Below are positions 12,621 through 34,927 of a stretch of DNA of 64,000 nt, in pieces (the stretch's first letter is position 1; each line of letters opens with the position of its first letter). Where the stretch lies: the NCBI GenBank assembly GCA_003344405.1, contig NOWV01000114.1, positions 1-64,000 of the forward strand, read 5' to 3'. The position numbers and the translations under genes are program-made. The DNA comes from Trichoplax sp. H2 (Eukaryota). The notes under the pieces are model-generated. The model had not been told where the DNA came from. It did no database searches and was given only the letters and a program-made list of their open reading frames with translations.

Positions 12621-15600
12621 CGTCCTTCAGTTGGCGGTCTGCAAATACCAATCTCAGCTCTTAGATAAGTCTGGTCCATTACCTCTATGATCTCGTCAGA
12701 TCATATAATTGGGGAATTTACAAAAATCGTACAGTACCAATATATCTGACCACTCATCTTTTTAGGCAGAGTGTAATAAGATAGCATGTATTTTATTATT
12801 TTAATCACGATGCTGTGCTGTACGAAATACGAAAAATCGTTCTTGTGCCGGTATAACTACACTGTACAATGTACAGTGTACATGTATTAATTAGTGTATA
12901 AACAGAGGTAAAATGAGTTTGACACCCCTTGCATAAAGGTATAAAAAGTCTTACAGTTCACTGAATACAGTATCACGTACTGTACTAACAGTACTGTAAA
13001 TACACGAATTAACTGTAAATAATTAAATGAATTAATTAATGAATAAACAGTTGATCCACATTGGTAACACTCATTTATTTCTGAGATGAAATCGATGTTA
13101 GATAAGTTGGTAACAAAAGCGATGACAAACTAATCGACGACGATTACATTACTGTACAATCAGAGGTTGTGCAAAAGTATGGCTAGGTGTACTGTACTCG
13201 TACAGTATACTGTAGGTACTGTGCTCGTATATTGTTTTTCTTGGAAACTGCGTAAAAAAATTTCTTAAATTAGAATATAAAATTTCATCTAATACTCGTA
13301 CAGTACTGTAAATTCATTCTTCGTTTGTTAATAAAATAGTGATTACGCTTGTATAATTTCAAAATGAATCGATTACTGTACAATATGTAACCTATCGTGG
13401 GTCTATTATAAGTACAGTACAATAGATACTGTATTACGAAAATTGTTATAATAATTTCGTTTCTCTCGCGGTTACTTTATTTAACTGGCACATTTCATGG
13501 AGTAAGATGCTTTTTCCTCCTCCCACTTTCCCGTAATCCATACTATACTGTACGCGTATATTTAAAAAACTAACTTTACTGTACTCTACACCTGACAGTG
13601 TACAGTAGAGTCTCTAAATAAGGGTCTCTACTGTACTGTGTGTAAAGCTACGGTACAATAATAAATACGGTATATTAATAAATATTATTATTCGCTAAGT
13701 TACGTTTGTATGAGTGACATACACTACAGTATACTGTGCAACTATCCTCAAACCACGAATAGTACTCGCGAGTCTACCTACACTCGTTATGCATTAAAAT
13801 GACTCATCATCTTGCTGTAACGGTTTTAGGTTAAGTTTTCATTTGAGCGCCTGTCCTGCTCCTTACTCTTACATGTATAACAATGATAACTGGTCTTTTA
13901 TACTATGGACTATATTTGTACATATGCGACGAGCAGGGCTTAATAATGTAATTCTTTAATTTTGTTGTATCGAACGATACTGGATATGAGTAAGGTAATA
14001 CGAAGAAACGTCTACGTCTGTTCGACTATTTTCGTTCATGCGATAGCTCAAATAAAGTATCACGGAAATATTGCGTACGTATATTACTGATAAAGACTAG
14101 TTGCATGATTCCATTATCACTATTCGCTGGCCTTTAAAGTCTGAGCGATATACTCGTATTACTCTTACAACTATCGTTGAGTAAAATTTGAGCTACTATA
14201 TTTAATTAATATACGTAATATTATTGCTACAGGGTATAGCATAGTGTCATAGACTACGACATATAATTTAGTAGTCTATTATATGTATTACTGTATTATA
14301 ATTACCATTATTAATATTCCATATACAACAATAATCAGTACTGTAATTTACTGTAGATTCTTTCTAATTTTGATACGATTAAATTATAAATTATAGTTTA
14401 CTATCATGAGCGAATGTAATGTACGCAGTCAGACAGTAGGTCCAAAACTAAATGCAACAACTGTCAGATAAGATCCAGAGATGATTCAGGATTAGAATAA
14501 GCTTTATTGCAATCGCACGACTGTGTTACAGCTAGTGATGTCAGTTATCCGTTATCAGATAATAAAATTTTGTTATCTACTATCTACTGTACTACCCACC
14601 TGCTTGCTATCATCGCGATGAAAACAGTTGTACTATACTATCGCAAGATACTGTTAAACAGCTTTAAAACTTCTAAGAATAGCGTTGTCAACGAATTATC
14701 ACAACCAAATTACAAGTTCTATACCCTTGACTCTATCTTAGGAAATATTTTGACAATCGATTGCTGGTCTTCCGCTATACAGGAATAGAGCACGTACTGA
14801 TGATGAGACGATGAACGATGGGTAAATTGCTAAGTGCTACTATTCTATGACATATATTTACGTAGATATTTGCAATAGTACAATAACTGCAACATAAACT
14901 AGCGTTATGAGTCACGATCCGTCTGCAATGCAATGCCAGCAAGACTAAACTGTAGTATTAGTTAGCGATCATTAATTAATTTGCTATCATACAGAGTTAC
15001 AAGCACCGTACTACATTGCGTGTACTCTGCAACTAAGTACTTCATATACAGTATAATTATCATTATCCTTATTTACATAACTGCATTCCATGATTCTACT
15101 TTGCATACTCAGAGTTACTACAACATGTCACCGTTAAGAATTTAAGATGCAAGGAAACTGGAGTACTAATGCATCTTTTACTCAGTAAAACTAATAGGAA
15201 CTACAAAAAACATTTTCATAATCTGTGTTTTCTTTTATAATACAACAAATTAACTTGATAATCTTTATTGTAAAAGTATGACTGTTATTGCAAGGTATTA
15301 GCGTACCGCTGTATATTAGTCAGCATAACTGTGTTTACTGTTAGTGTGTAGTCAATGGTCTTTCATTCATTATTAATAATGGATCTTCATTCGCTTCGAA
15401 TGGCTATATTGTAATATACTGTGGAATATAAAATCAATAAAATGATATTTTCTCCGCATTTGCGTTATCAATAGCGGCATTACTAATTTATATGATGCAA
15501 TTGTTAATTATAGACGTATTGTTAATTATAGACGTGTGTTATAATATTAATTAATAGCGTGCTCTAACACAGACATTATTATAGTGAATCATCCATGACT

Positions 15601-16483
15601 AAAAATGTAAACCTACAATCACTTCAAATTTTCTGGCTTGTAATGTAAATTGAACTGAAAGAATACGCATAACATCTCTAATCTCTTTAAGAGGTAATTA
15701 CTTAATTCCATATACTGCTACTACTGCCCCTATGGTGACATTGATAGACCGAAATATGTATTTATCGTCACTTAAAAATAGCATCAAGCTAACACTGATA
15801 TAATATAAAAACACGTAAAGATAAAACTATTTCGATGTCAAAGTGGAATTGTTAGCATAACTTAAGGTAAATATCGGTCCGCCCTGATTAAATTATCAAT
15901 CTTCATACTGAAAATGACCCAAAAGACGAAATTTAAATCTGAAATTCAGTTATAAACCCTTTATATTGCTAATTTTAATCGTATGAGATAAGAAACACAA
16001 AGACTATTTAAATTAAGTTAGATAATTAATAGCTATATGCACTAATATATATTTAATAATCGATATTAAATCAGTCGTACGTGCAATCATCATATGCTAA
16101 CACTGGCAGTAAATTAATTAAGTATAATATTTGTAAGAAATCATGTACAAGCAATATCTGATGGGCAATAATAGTATAAGAAGTAGTTAAATAAATTATA
16201 AAGTATAAGACCTTATTTTATGTATAAATACAATCACGTTAACAAGAATCATAAAACAGAACTCTACTATGTTAATGCACTTCAATTAACTGTCTAGTTC
16301 ATATTTTCATGATATCATTTAAATTGTGAGATATTGGATAAGGAAGACGATGAAAAGTTTATAAATTAACCAGAATTACGAATTGATCTACTCTGACAAA
16401 TAATAGCTTTATGTCATGAGAAGATCGTAATTCGCATGTAGCAAAAGCCGATATTAGTAAGGCATATTGATAGAATCTTTCGA

Positions 16484-18267
16484 CTAATTTTGTGCTGCGG
16501 TGATCATCATATTCTTAACTGCATCAATGTTGAGTTTTAATATGATTTCTAATCTTGGCGTTTGACTAGTGTCAATTTCAAGCCAATCTACAATTAATTG
16601 ACCCCGAGACAATCTACCAATTAATTCGACTTCGGCGTTCACTTTAGCACTCTTAATAATTAATTCAGGATTAAATGTTAAAGCCATCACGATAGGATCA
16701 CAAATAGCCATACCTGTGAAAAGTTTTGAACGATAAAACTTTAAATTGCTAGAAAATACTGCATGATTAAAACGACCCTTTTCACTGCGATATGTGAGCC
16801 ATTGACAAACCCATTGCCAACTAACTGAGTGAAGTAATGCCGTCTCCCATGTTACAAGTCGAGTGATGCAAACAGAAGGAAATTCTTTAATAACAATATG
16901 AGCAGCCTCTGGATCACTATAAAAATTAAATTCTGCTGATGGTGTGGTGTTACCTTTGCCTATATAGAATGTATCAAGTCTACTTAGTAGATTAATAATA
17001 AATATTAAATTATAAATGAACTTATCTAGATACAAAGTCATTGACAATTGATAGTCGAATATGATCGTATATAGTTATATTTAGTGCAGGTGATAGGTAC
17101 AGTTCCAGAACAATAGAGATAGAAAGCGACTAATTTCAAAGAAACCAAAATCAGAAAAAGTAACACACAAAATACGACTTTGGTATATATGCATAAAAAT
17201 AAAATTTCATTTTTATATAGAAGTATACACTAGATTTCGCTGCTAAAAATTACTGATGAATTAGATAAATGATATTTCAGCGAACAATATCGAGTGAAAT
17301 ATTTTATTATTTACTAATATCTTGATTTATACTGTATTTAGAAAAAATTTGCTTTCTTTATATTCACTACAGCTAATAACATAATCATGAATGATTGTGT
17401 ACACTACCGTTAGATGTACACTATTCGATAACTATTGGATAAAAGTCTATTAATTATCTTACTAAATTAGTTATTTGAAAACATCGAAGGCGAGATTGTG
17501 ATATAAAAATAGTAATACCACCACGAACTACAGTTAATACGTAGAAATATTACCGTTGTCTATGACTAATTTAAGTATAATGTGAGTAAGAAGCATTCTT
17601 TTAGAGCAAGGATACGCACAAAGAAAAAAATTGACTACGAATTATTAACAGATACCGATCAAGAGGATCTACAGCTATGTCGTTATGAAGATATACTCGT
17701 GTAAAATATTTTATTAACTTGTTATGTACTTTTTTGATACTTAGTAAATTAAATACTGTAACATATTCACATAATAAAAATCTTACCTTCATGATTACCG
17801 CCCATAATAGTGATACTAGATAGTTTACTTGCGAACGTAGAATCAAGCCGCTGAGCTAAAGCAATGTTAGTCAATGGAGCTATAGATGCGATATCTATCC
17901 TTCCTTCATAATCGTTTACTAAACGTACTAGTGTACTGATACCGTCTTCGTTTCGTAAAACTTGGTTTAAGAAAGCCTCATCGTCCTCTCGATTTGGTAT
18001 ATCACCTAAACCATCTCGTCCATGAAACTCAGTGGAATAGACAGGCTTACCAAGAATAGGCTTAGCTGCACCTTTGTAAACAGGTATGTCGCTTCGATTA
18101 CATAATTTTAAGACGTAAGCGACATTTTTTACTACTTGATCGACGTGAACACTTCCTGTAACGCATGTAATAGCTAGGATGTTGACATTTTGACAAATTG
18201 CAATCATAATCGCTTGGGAGTCATCAATACCGCAATCGGTATCGATAATGCAATAACGATCGGACAT
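16484..18267 (-). CDS. Nucleoside hydrolase (IUNH family) paralog D, 2 exons (18267-17787, 16959-16484)
   Basis: MSDRYCIIDTDCGIDDSQA, FHGRDG, APLTNIA, GNTTPSAEFNF, AICDP. Phase-1 GT-AG intron. Confidence 0.95.
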
Positions 18268-18938
18268 TTTGCTTGAATTTTCAAACGTTAAACCATACAA
18301 GGATCGCAGATAAATACTACTAACTACCGATTAGAAATTCATTACATCGTACTCCACTAAGTTCCTAGCAAATACGGTATACAGCTAATTACATTAAACT
18401 GGTGATCATAGGATCAAGTATATAAAAAGTTGTCTACAAAGAGATTCGTAGAGCTATAGTCATGCACTGTTATCTATAGTAATTTTATTTTATACTGTAT
18501 ATATATATATATACGATGTAAACCGATGCGAACAGTCTCAATCCCAAGTAGCTGAATACACAATGTCTTCGCTATTATACTTATAACAATACACAAATAC
18601 AATACGCAATCTCAAAATTATGCAAGCTTTTATAAATTTTTATTGTTTTAGTCGCTATGACTAACTGTATACAACGTTATCATATAAGATAGTTTAGTTT
18701 AATAAACTGCCTTGATGAAATTGCATAATAATCGTTGAAAATCAGAAAAGTGACTGAAGGGATCGGTATCTGTCAACAGTAAACTACGGAAAGTTCACTT
18801 AATTAGGGAAGATTTATATGGTTTACTATTATATCACCATCGATGCGGAAAAAGTCAGTGAAACCGTACATAACTACAAATGACCATAATTAAGGTAGTA
18901 ACTCCACAGATTCACAATTAAGGCAAAAATTCAAAAAA

Positions 18939-28657
<9,719 letters not shown>

Positions 28658-29059
28658 TATAAATTACCTAAATTCATCCCAGTTATAAAATAAAACAGAT
28701 TACATCATTATAATATCAGTACCAGTAGGTTTAAGTTAAAGAAGATTTTGGGGTCGTTTTTAATTTCAGCCGCCATTAATAACGATACAAAAATATTAAC
28801 GAAAGTCTTGGATCACAGCATGCTAACCACGAGAACCGAGGGCACTTTTCTTACTGAATTATAAAAATGGAGGAATTTTAAATATTACCTTCGGCCACAA
28901 CCTTGACTCCCAACAAAAATTAGTTTTGAAGAGTACTCAAAAATCTCCCAAATGGCAAAGACTGTGCTACTTTTTACTATTCCTTCTTTTTCGCAGCTCG
29001 TGGGATTGCAGCTTGAACAGAAATGAAAAACAGTGTCAAGTGTGTAACAGATAAAACTG

Positions 29060-30300
29060 AAAAACTGTACACGGTATAGTACAGCACAGTACACTATTGC
29101 TGTACACTGTATAGTACTGTACAGTTGTACGACTACTCGATTGCACGGGTTTTCGTAACAGGAATAATTATGGTTCACAGAAAAAAGTTGTCACGCTTTC
29201 GTCCGTCATTCGGCGTGCTCAGTAGCTGTTCAATGGAGGCCACAATGCGGTACGAGCGGGGACTAGTATACTGTACTGTACTATAACCTTAAAAGTTTAC
29301 TACTACTGTATAACAGTACAGCAGTTATAACGGTACATGTGCGCCTCTGCTTACAGTAGTGCATGGCAGTGTACAGTGTACAGTACTGTACGTTTATCCA
29401 AACCTAACATTATCACTTTTGTAATTGTACAGTACAGTACAGTACAGTACAGTGTACTGTACACTACAGTACATGTCATGGTACGGTATCTCATACAGAC
29501 ACAGTACAGTACAGTGTACATGTGCGCCTCTGCTTACAGTAGTGCATGGCAGTGTACGTACTGTACAGTGTACAGTGTACAGTACTGTACTGTACAGTAT
29601 TGTACGTTTATCCAAACCTAACATTATCACTTTTGTAGTTGTACTGTACTGTACAGTACAGTACAGTACAGTACAGTACAGTACATGTCATGGTATGGTA
29701 TCTCATACTGTACAGACACAGTAGACCGTTCAGAATTTTGAATTAACTTGATGTTTACGATATTGTACTGCACACAGTACTGTACAGTACAGTGTACAGT
29801 ACAGTAGAATCCTGAACATCGACTTAAAATTTGGAAGGCCTAAGATACTGTACTGTACAGTACAGTACTACAGTATACTGTTACTGTACTGTACATTGTA
29901 CTGCGGGCCCAGAAGGCTCAGACTCAGGTCTAGGCCGCCTCAGACAATGGTGCACTCAAGTGGAGTCATAGAGGTTAAGAAAACCTCTATGACCTCAATG
30001 GGCGCAGTGTATAATTTGGTACCGTACTCTACAGTACACCAGTGTACAGTACATACAGTATAATACGTACTTTACAGTACTATACCAGTGAAATGGATCT
30101 TGACAAATTTAACAGCCCGACACGATATACTGTACAGTACACTGTACACTGTACAGTACAGTACGAACAATGTACACAGTACAGTACTGTACGGTATGTC
30201 AATAGTAAAGAGACATGTTTTGCGCGCGAATTTAATAAAAAAACAGTGAAAATGGTACAAAGCATACTGCACAGTCTTTCCTTTAATGTACAGTACTGAA
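29060..30300. repeat. TACAG/CTGTA-rich region with a tandem duplication (29334-29516, 29517-29722) between divergent PRPF8 and RFC2
   Basis: Blocks tacatgtgcgcctctgcttacagtagtgcatggcagtgtac, gtacgtttatccaaacctaacattatcacttttgta and cagtacatgtcatggta each occur twice, separated by variable pentamer runs. Confidence 0.9.
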
Positions 30301-30385
30301 TGAGCTTCTATATTTTTAAGAAGTTTTAATTCAAAAATTTCGAAGGCTTTGTAGCTAACATTAAACACTAAATAACGAATTGAAA

Positions 30386-33300
30386 ATGGATGACCAAAGA
30401 GAATCAACTAAAAAATGTTCCAATATTCCTTGGTAGTAATACATGCTAAGTCTATTCAGTAGCCTGCAGTTAATTTTCTGCTACAGTTTTATCTCTATTC
30501 TGTAGTAAAATTGTACATCTATCAAATCTAGGATTGAAAAATATCGTCCAAAACAATTGGATGAGGTCGTTGGTAACGAAGATACTATTAGCCGACTGGA
30601 GGTGCGAATAAATTGCTAGCGTAAATTTAGTCTAAAATGGCTACGTAGAAAAGTTAGTACGATACGTAAATAAAAACTTCCTATTTTTAACTTGCAGGTA
30701 TTTGCAAAGGAAGGTAATTTGCCTAATATTGTAATTGCGGTAAGTCTTGTATAATGCTACACAATCATGGCATGTTTGAATGCGTTGTCTTCCACAGTAA
30801 AAGACTTTCTTCTGTTTACTGTAAGGCGTAAATCTGTCTAAGGACACTACAGTAGAAGATAAGCTTGAATTAAGCTTGAGAATGTCCCACATGTACTGTA
30901 CGTGTATGCATTCAGAGTTGGACACTAATTAATAAAAGTACTTATTATTGAAAAAGTATTTCTCTACGTTCATGATTGCACTTCCATTTCAGTAAGAATC
31001 ACTAACACCTTTGCCTGAGTAAGCTATATACGTTTATAAGGATTGTCGAAGCTTGGAGTGAGACTGAATTTCGACAAAACTTACTGGTACATATACGTAC
31101 AGCGCAATACACGCTGGATAGCACATCAAAATTTCATTCGTTGCTCATGTACACTGTAAAGTACGTGGAGCATTGCAATGCCCACGGCCTAATATATATG
31201 TACAGTACTGTAATTTCGATATTATTTCCTAACTTACCGTACTGACTAAAATTCCTTATTACATAATGACTAACATTGGTGTACTTACAAATTTTTTTCA
31301 GACTGTTTGATGCTCAAATAGCTGAACTCTGCTAAGTATTTGGTGTTGTTTTTATTTAGGGACCTCCTGGAACTGGTAAAACAACAAGTATATTATGCAT
31401 AGCTAGACAGCTTCTTGGAACTTCAATGAAAGATGCAGTCTTAGAGCTAAATGCTTCAAATGACAGGTAAAATTAGCCCCTCATTATGCTTAATTGGTTC
31501 ACATTACGCAGCAATAGAGTCGGTGAAGCGAATGCTATTGATCATACTATTTAATCCTAGTACTTTATGCAATTGCTTACGAACTAGTATTAATCAGCAG
31601 ACTCAGCACTATTATATACTGCTTATATATGTATATTATGAATAGATTTAAGAAATAATTATTTCATGATAATAATAGTCGATACATTCATAATTCACTT
31701 TATAAGGGGCAATATTATTTTTAAATACTTGACATTACCAGTGCACCTAAAAGAGAATTATACCTTAATTGTGATGAACAAGAATATATCCGACTACGCA
31801 GATCTTACATTTTATAGATAACCATTTACGAAAGTATACCATAATTTAACTTTCTTACTATATGTACTGTAGAGGTATCGACGTGGTGCGTAACAAAATT
31901 AAGATGTTTGCGCAAAAGAAGGTTACATTACCTCTTGGCAAACATAAAATTATTATATTAGATGAAGCAGACAGGTATCAGATTTTTCACTCTTTGCTCC
32001 ATTCCAATTATTCATTGCGTTAAAAAAAATGCGGCTTCGAAGACTGCATCATTTAATATCAGATTAATATGTATTTTGATAATCTCCAACATTAACTATT
32101 AATTTACTATTCTTAAGCATGACTGATGGAGCACAGCAGGCATTACGTCGGACAATGGAGATCTATTCGAAGACCACGCGATTTGCTCTAGCTTGTAATA
32201 CATCTGAAAAAATTATAGGTATTAACCTACGATTCCAGTTTGCTACCTCATCATATTGACCCTATTAGCTTAATTTAAAAAGATTGAGCAGTTTCTAAAT
32301 CTCTGGTATAGAGCCTATTCAATCGCGATGTGCCGTTTTAAGGTTCACGAGATTAAACGACGCACAAATCTTGGCTAGATTAATGGAAGTTTGTCGGCAA
32401 GAAAGCGTAAGGCATTAATCCAATCACTAGACTTTTAACTTCCTCTAAGTTTTATTAAAATGCCCTTTTTGTTTGACCGGCTTTGTTCTAGGTTATTGCT
32501 ACTAACGATGGCTTAGAAGCAGTGATATTTACTGCTCAGGGAGACATGAGACAGGTTGGTATATTAATTCCAGTAACACTCATCATTTAGTGATGTTATC
32601 AGTGCAATCACTTCATACTACGTCAATACTTTCGATAATGAACATGCTGTAGGCATTAAACAATCTACAGTCAACATACGCTGGATTTGGACACGTAAAT
32701 AGTGAGAATGTTTTCAAAGTAAGTTTATTGACGAATAGGAATACTGTTTCTTGTAAATGTGTTGGAAAATCTACAGTTTGTCTAAACATGCAATGATAAT
32801 AATTAATATAATCGAACAATTACGCTCGAAACATTGTTAAAATATATTACGATTACACGTCATTTCTATCCATTGCGCGGTATTATGATTTTCTTTTATC
32901 ATTTTGTTGATATTTTCTCTTAAGTGGAGATTTCCGTAGTTAAGTAGATCTATTTAACAATCATTAAATATAAATATTAGTGATTCCATCTATTTAATGC
33001 AGCACTTTCTTTTGAATATCATAACTGTACAAAATTTATATGGCGAAGGTATGTGATGAACCACATCCTTTACTTATAAAACAAATGATACAAGCTTCGA
33101 TTGAATGCAACATTGACGAAGCTTATAAAGTCCTATCTCACTTGTGGCAGCTTGGGTATTCTCCAATTGATATTATCACTAATATCTTTCGTGTGTGTAA
33201 AAATTACGATATGCCTGAATACTTAAAGCTGGAATTCATAAAGGTTGCATAATACACATAACTATCATATCATTGGTTATAGTAAACTTATTGCTAACCG

Positions 33301-33426
33301 ATATTGTCACATACATAGGAAATAGGATTTACTCATATGAGAATTGTGGAAGGAATAGACTCTTTACTACAATTGTCCGGATTATTATCAAGAATGTGTA
33401 TAAAAAGCCTTAAGAACACTGGCTAA
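30386..33426 (+). CDS. RFC2: Replication factor C small subunit (human RFC2 / yeast Rfc4 type), 11 exons
   Basis: Spliced exons give PWIEKYRP, Walker [24 protein letters not shown], Walker [39 protein letters not shown]. Confidence 0.96.
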
Positions 33427-34927
33427 GCCAGAATATTCAAGACGTATGTTAAGACAACATATAATTAATGTTAATGCAGATGGCAAGGTGCTAATATTTT
33501 TGAGCTTACGTATATGCCTTGTTCAGATGTTAATGGATATTGTTACAAGAAGATTTGAGTTTCTTATTGCAGCGAACTTTGTGCAATCTGAATATCGTTG
33601 GGGCGCGGACGCAATTTGTAATGTTTTATATGGAAATGTCTAATAAATCACTTAGTGTTTTCAGTTGTGTATGTTTGTTTTTCGTATCGTCACTACCGGT
33701 AATATGTGACAAAGTAAGCCTTGACCCTTGCAACTATTTCGTACTTAATTAAGCGATTATCAGTTCCCTGAGCTACGTTTACTTACCATCAGAATCTTGC
33801 ACACGTAATGTTCTTATAATGAGAACTTTAACTACATCTGCAATGGTAATTAGTAACTAGTAGTGCTTAAATGTAACAGTCATTTAAATAGATGGAATCA
33901 GTAGTAAGATGTAACGAGTACTGAAATTTAGCTGGAAATCAACGCTAAAGATAACGGTAGTGGTAGTGGACACCTGTTTGAGGCCCCTGGATCTGGTCCC
34001 AGAGATAAAAATCGAATTCTTATTCCTATAATCCGATCCTAGTCTGTAAAACAGCATTTTTCAAATTCGATCAGCAGTGGTGTTTCGATCTAGAAAATAG
34101 GTCTGCACGATGTGCGATCGCGCAAACAAAATGCAGTATGCTTGCGTTCCTACACGTAAACGATTAAAAGTACAACCACGATGTCAGTTTGAAATCACTA
34201 CGGAGTTCGACTGCAATTTCCACCGGCATTATGACCGTGACGTCAGTGTGACTAAAATTTTGTAGCAAATAATTGTGTAGAAGGAACAGTACTGCTGTAC
34301 TTTCATGAGTAACACAGAAACGTAGCTTAGGATGCAATGTAAACTAATATAATTAAAGCTTGAGTAAAAAGTTCGTGCAAGAACCCTGGCGTATAGCATA
34401 GAATACGCTAATGAGGCTTACTATGTCTCCAAAACTTTTTCAATTAACAGACCGACAAAACGCTAATATATGCAAATAGTTAATCGTTAATCAATAATTT
34501 TAATGCAAGGTCAGATTCGCTGTTTAACAATGTGCCAGTTAAAAATCCTTTTAACATTTTAGTAAATATAACAGTAATGCTGCGGTACAAAACCGTAACC
34601 ACTACACCGTAGGTATGTTATATCAATGCACAAGAATAATTATAGCTTGATAAAAGGCCGTAAAATAATTTCCAGCAAATAGATATGAAATTTATCTCCA
34701 TATTATAATAAGCTTGAGTATTAGTGCCTTCAATAAAGTCAGTCAAAATATATTTCATCCCACCGGTTGGTTAAATTATTGAACACTGGAGCTTTCTCAA
34801 ATCGCGAAAGAATCAGGAAACACTAACCATGAAATGGTAGCGTAGTAAAGCAAGAGTAAAAATATTCTTGATTAACGCAATTGGGGTCTCTACACATAGC
34901 AACGTTAAATAGTATCCCATAGCTTGT

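Noticed and set aside
15500-15535. Short perfect tandem duplications (18 bp here, 12 bp near 3255)
   Set aside because: Ordinary slippage duplications with no further structure.
29334-29722. CRISPR-like repeat/spacer appearance
   Set aside because: Only two copies, low-complexity intervening DNA, no cas genes and a eukaryotic context.
29337-30407. YSTVQ/CTVL-rich ORFs here and at 12499, 45089-45644 and 60457
   Set aside because: They are translations of the TACAG/CTGTA repeat, which lacks stop codons.
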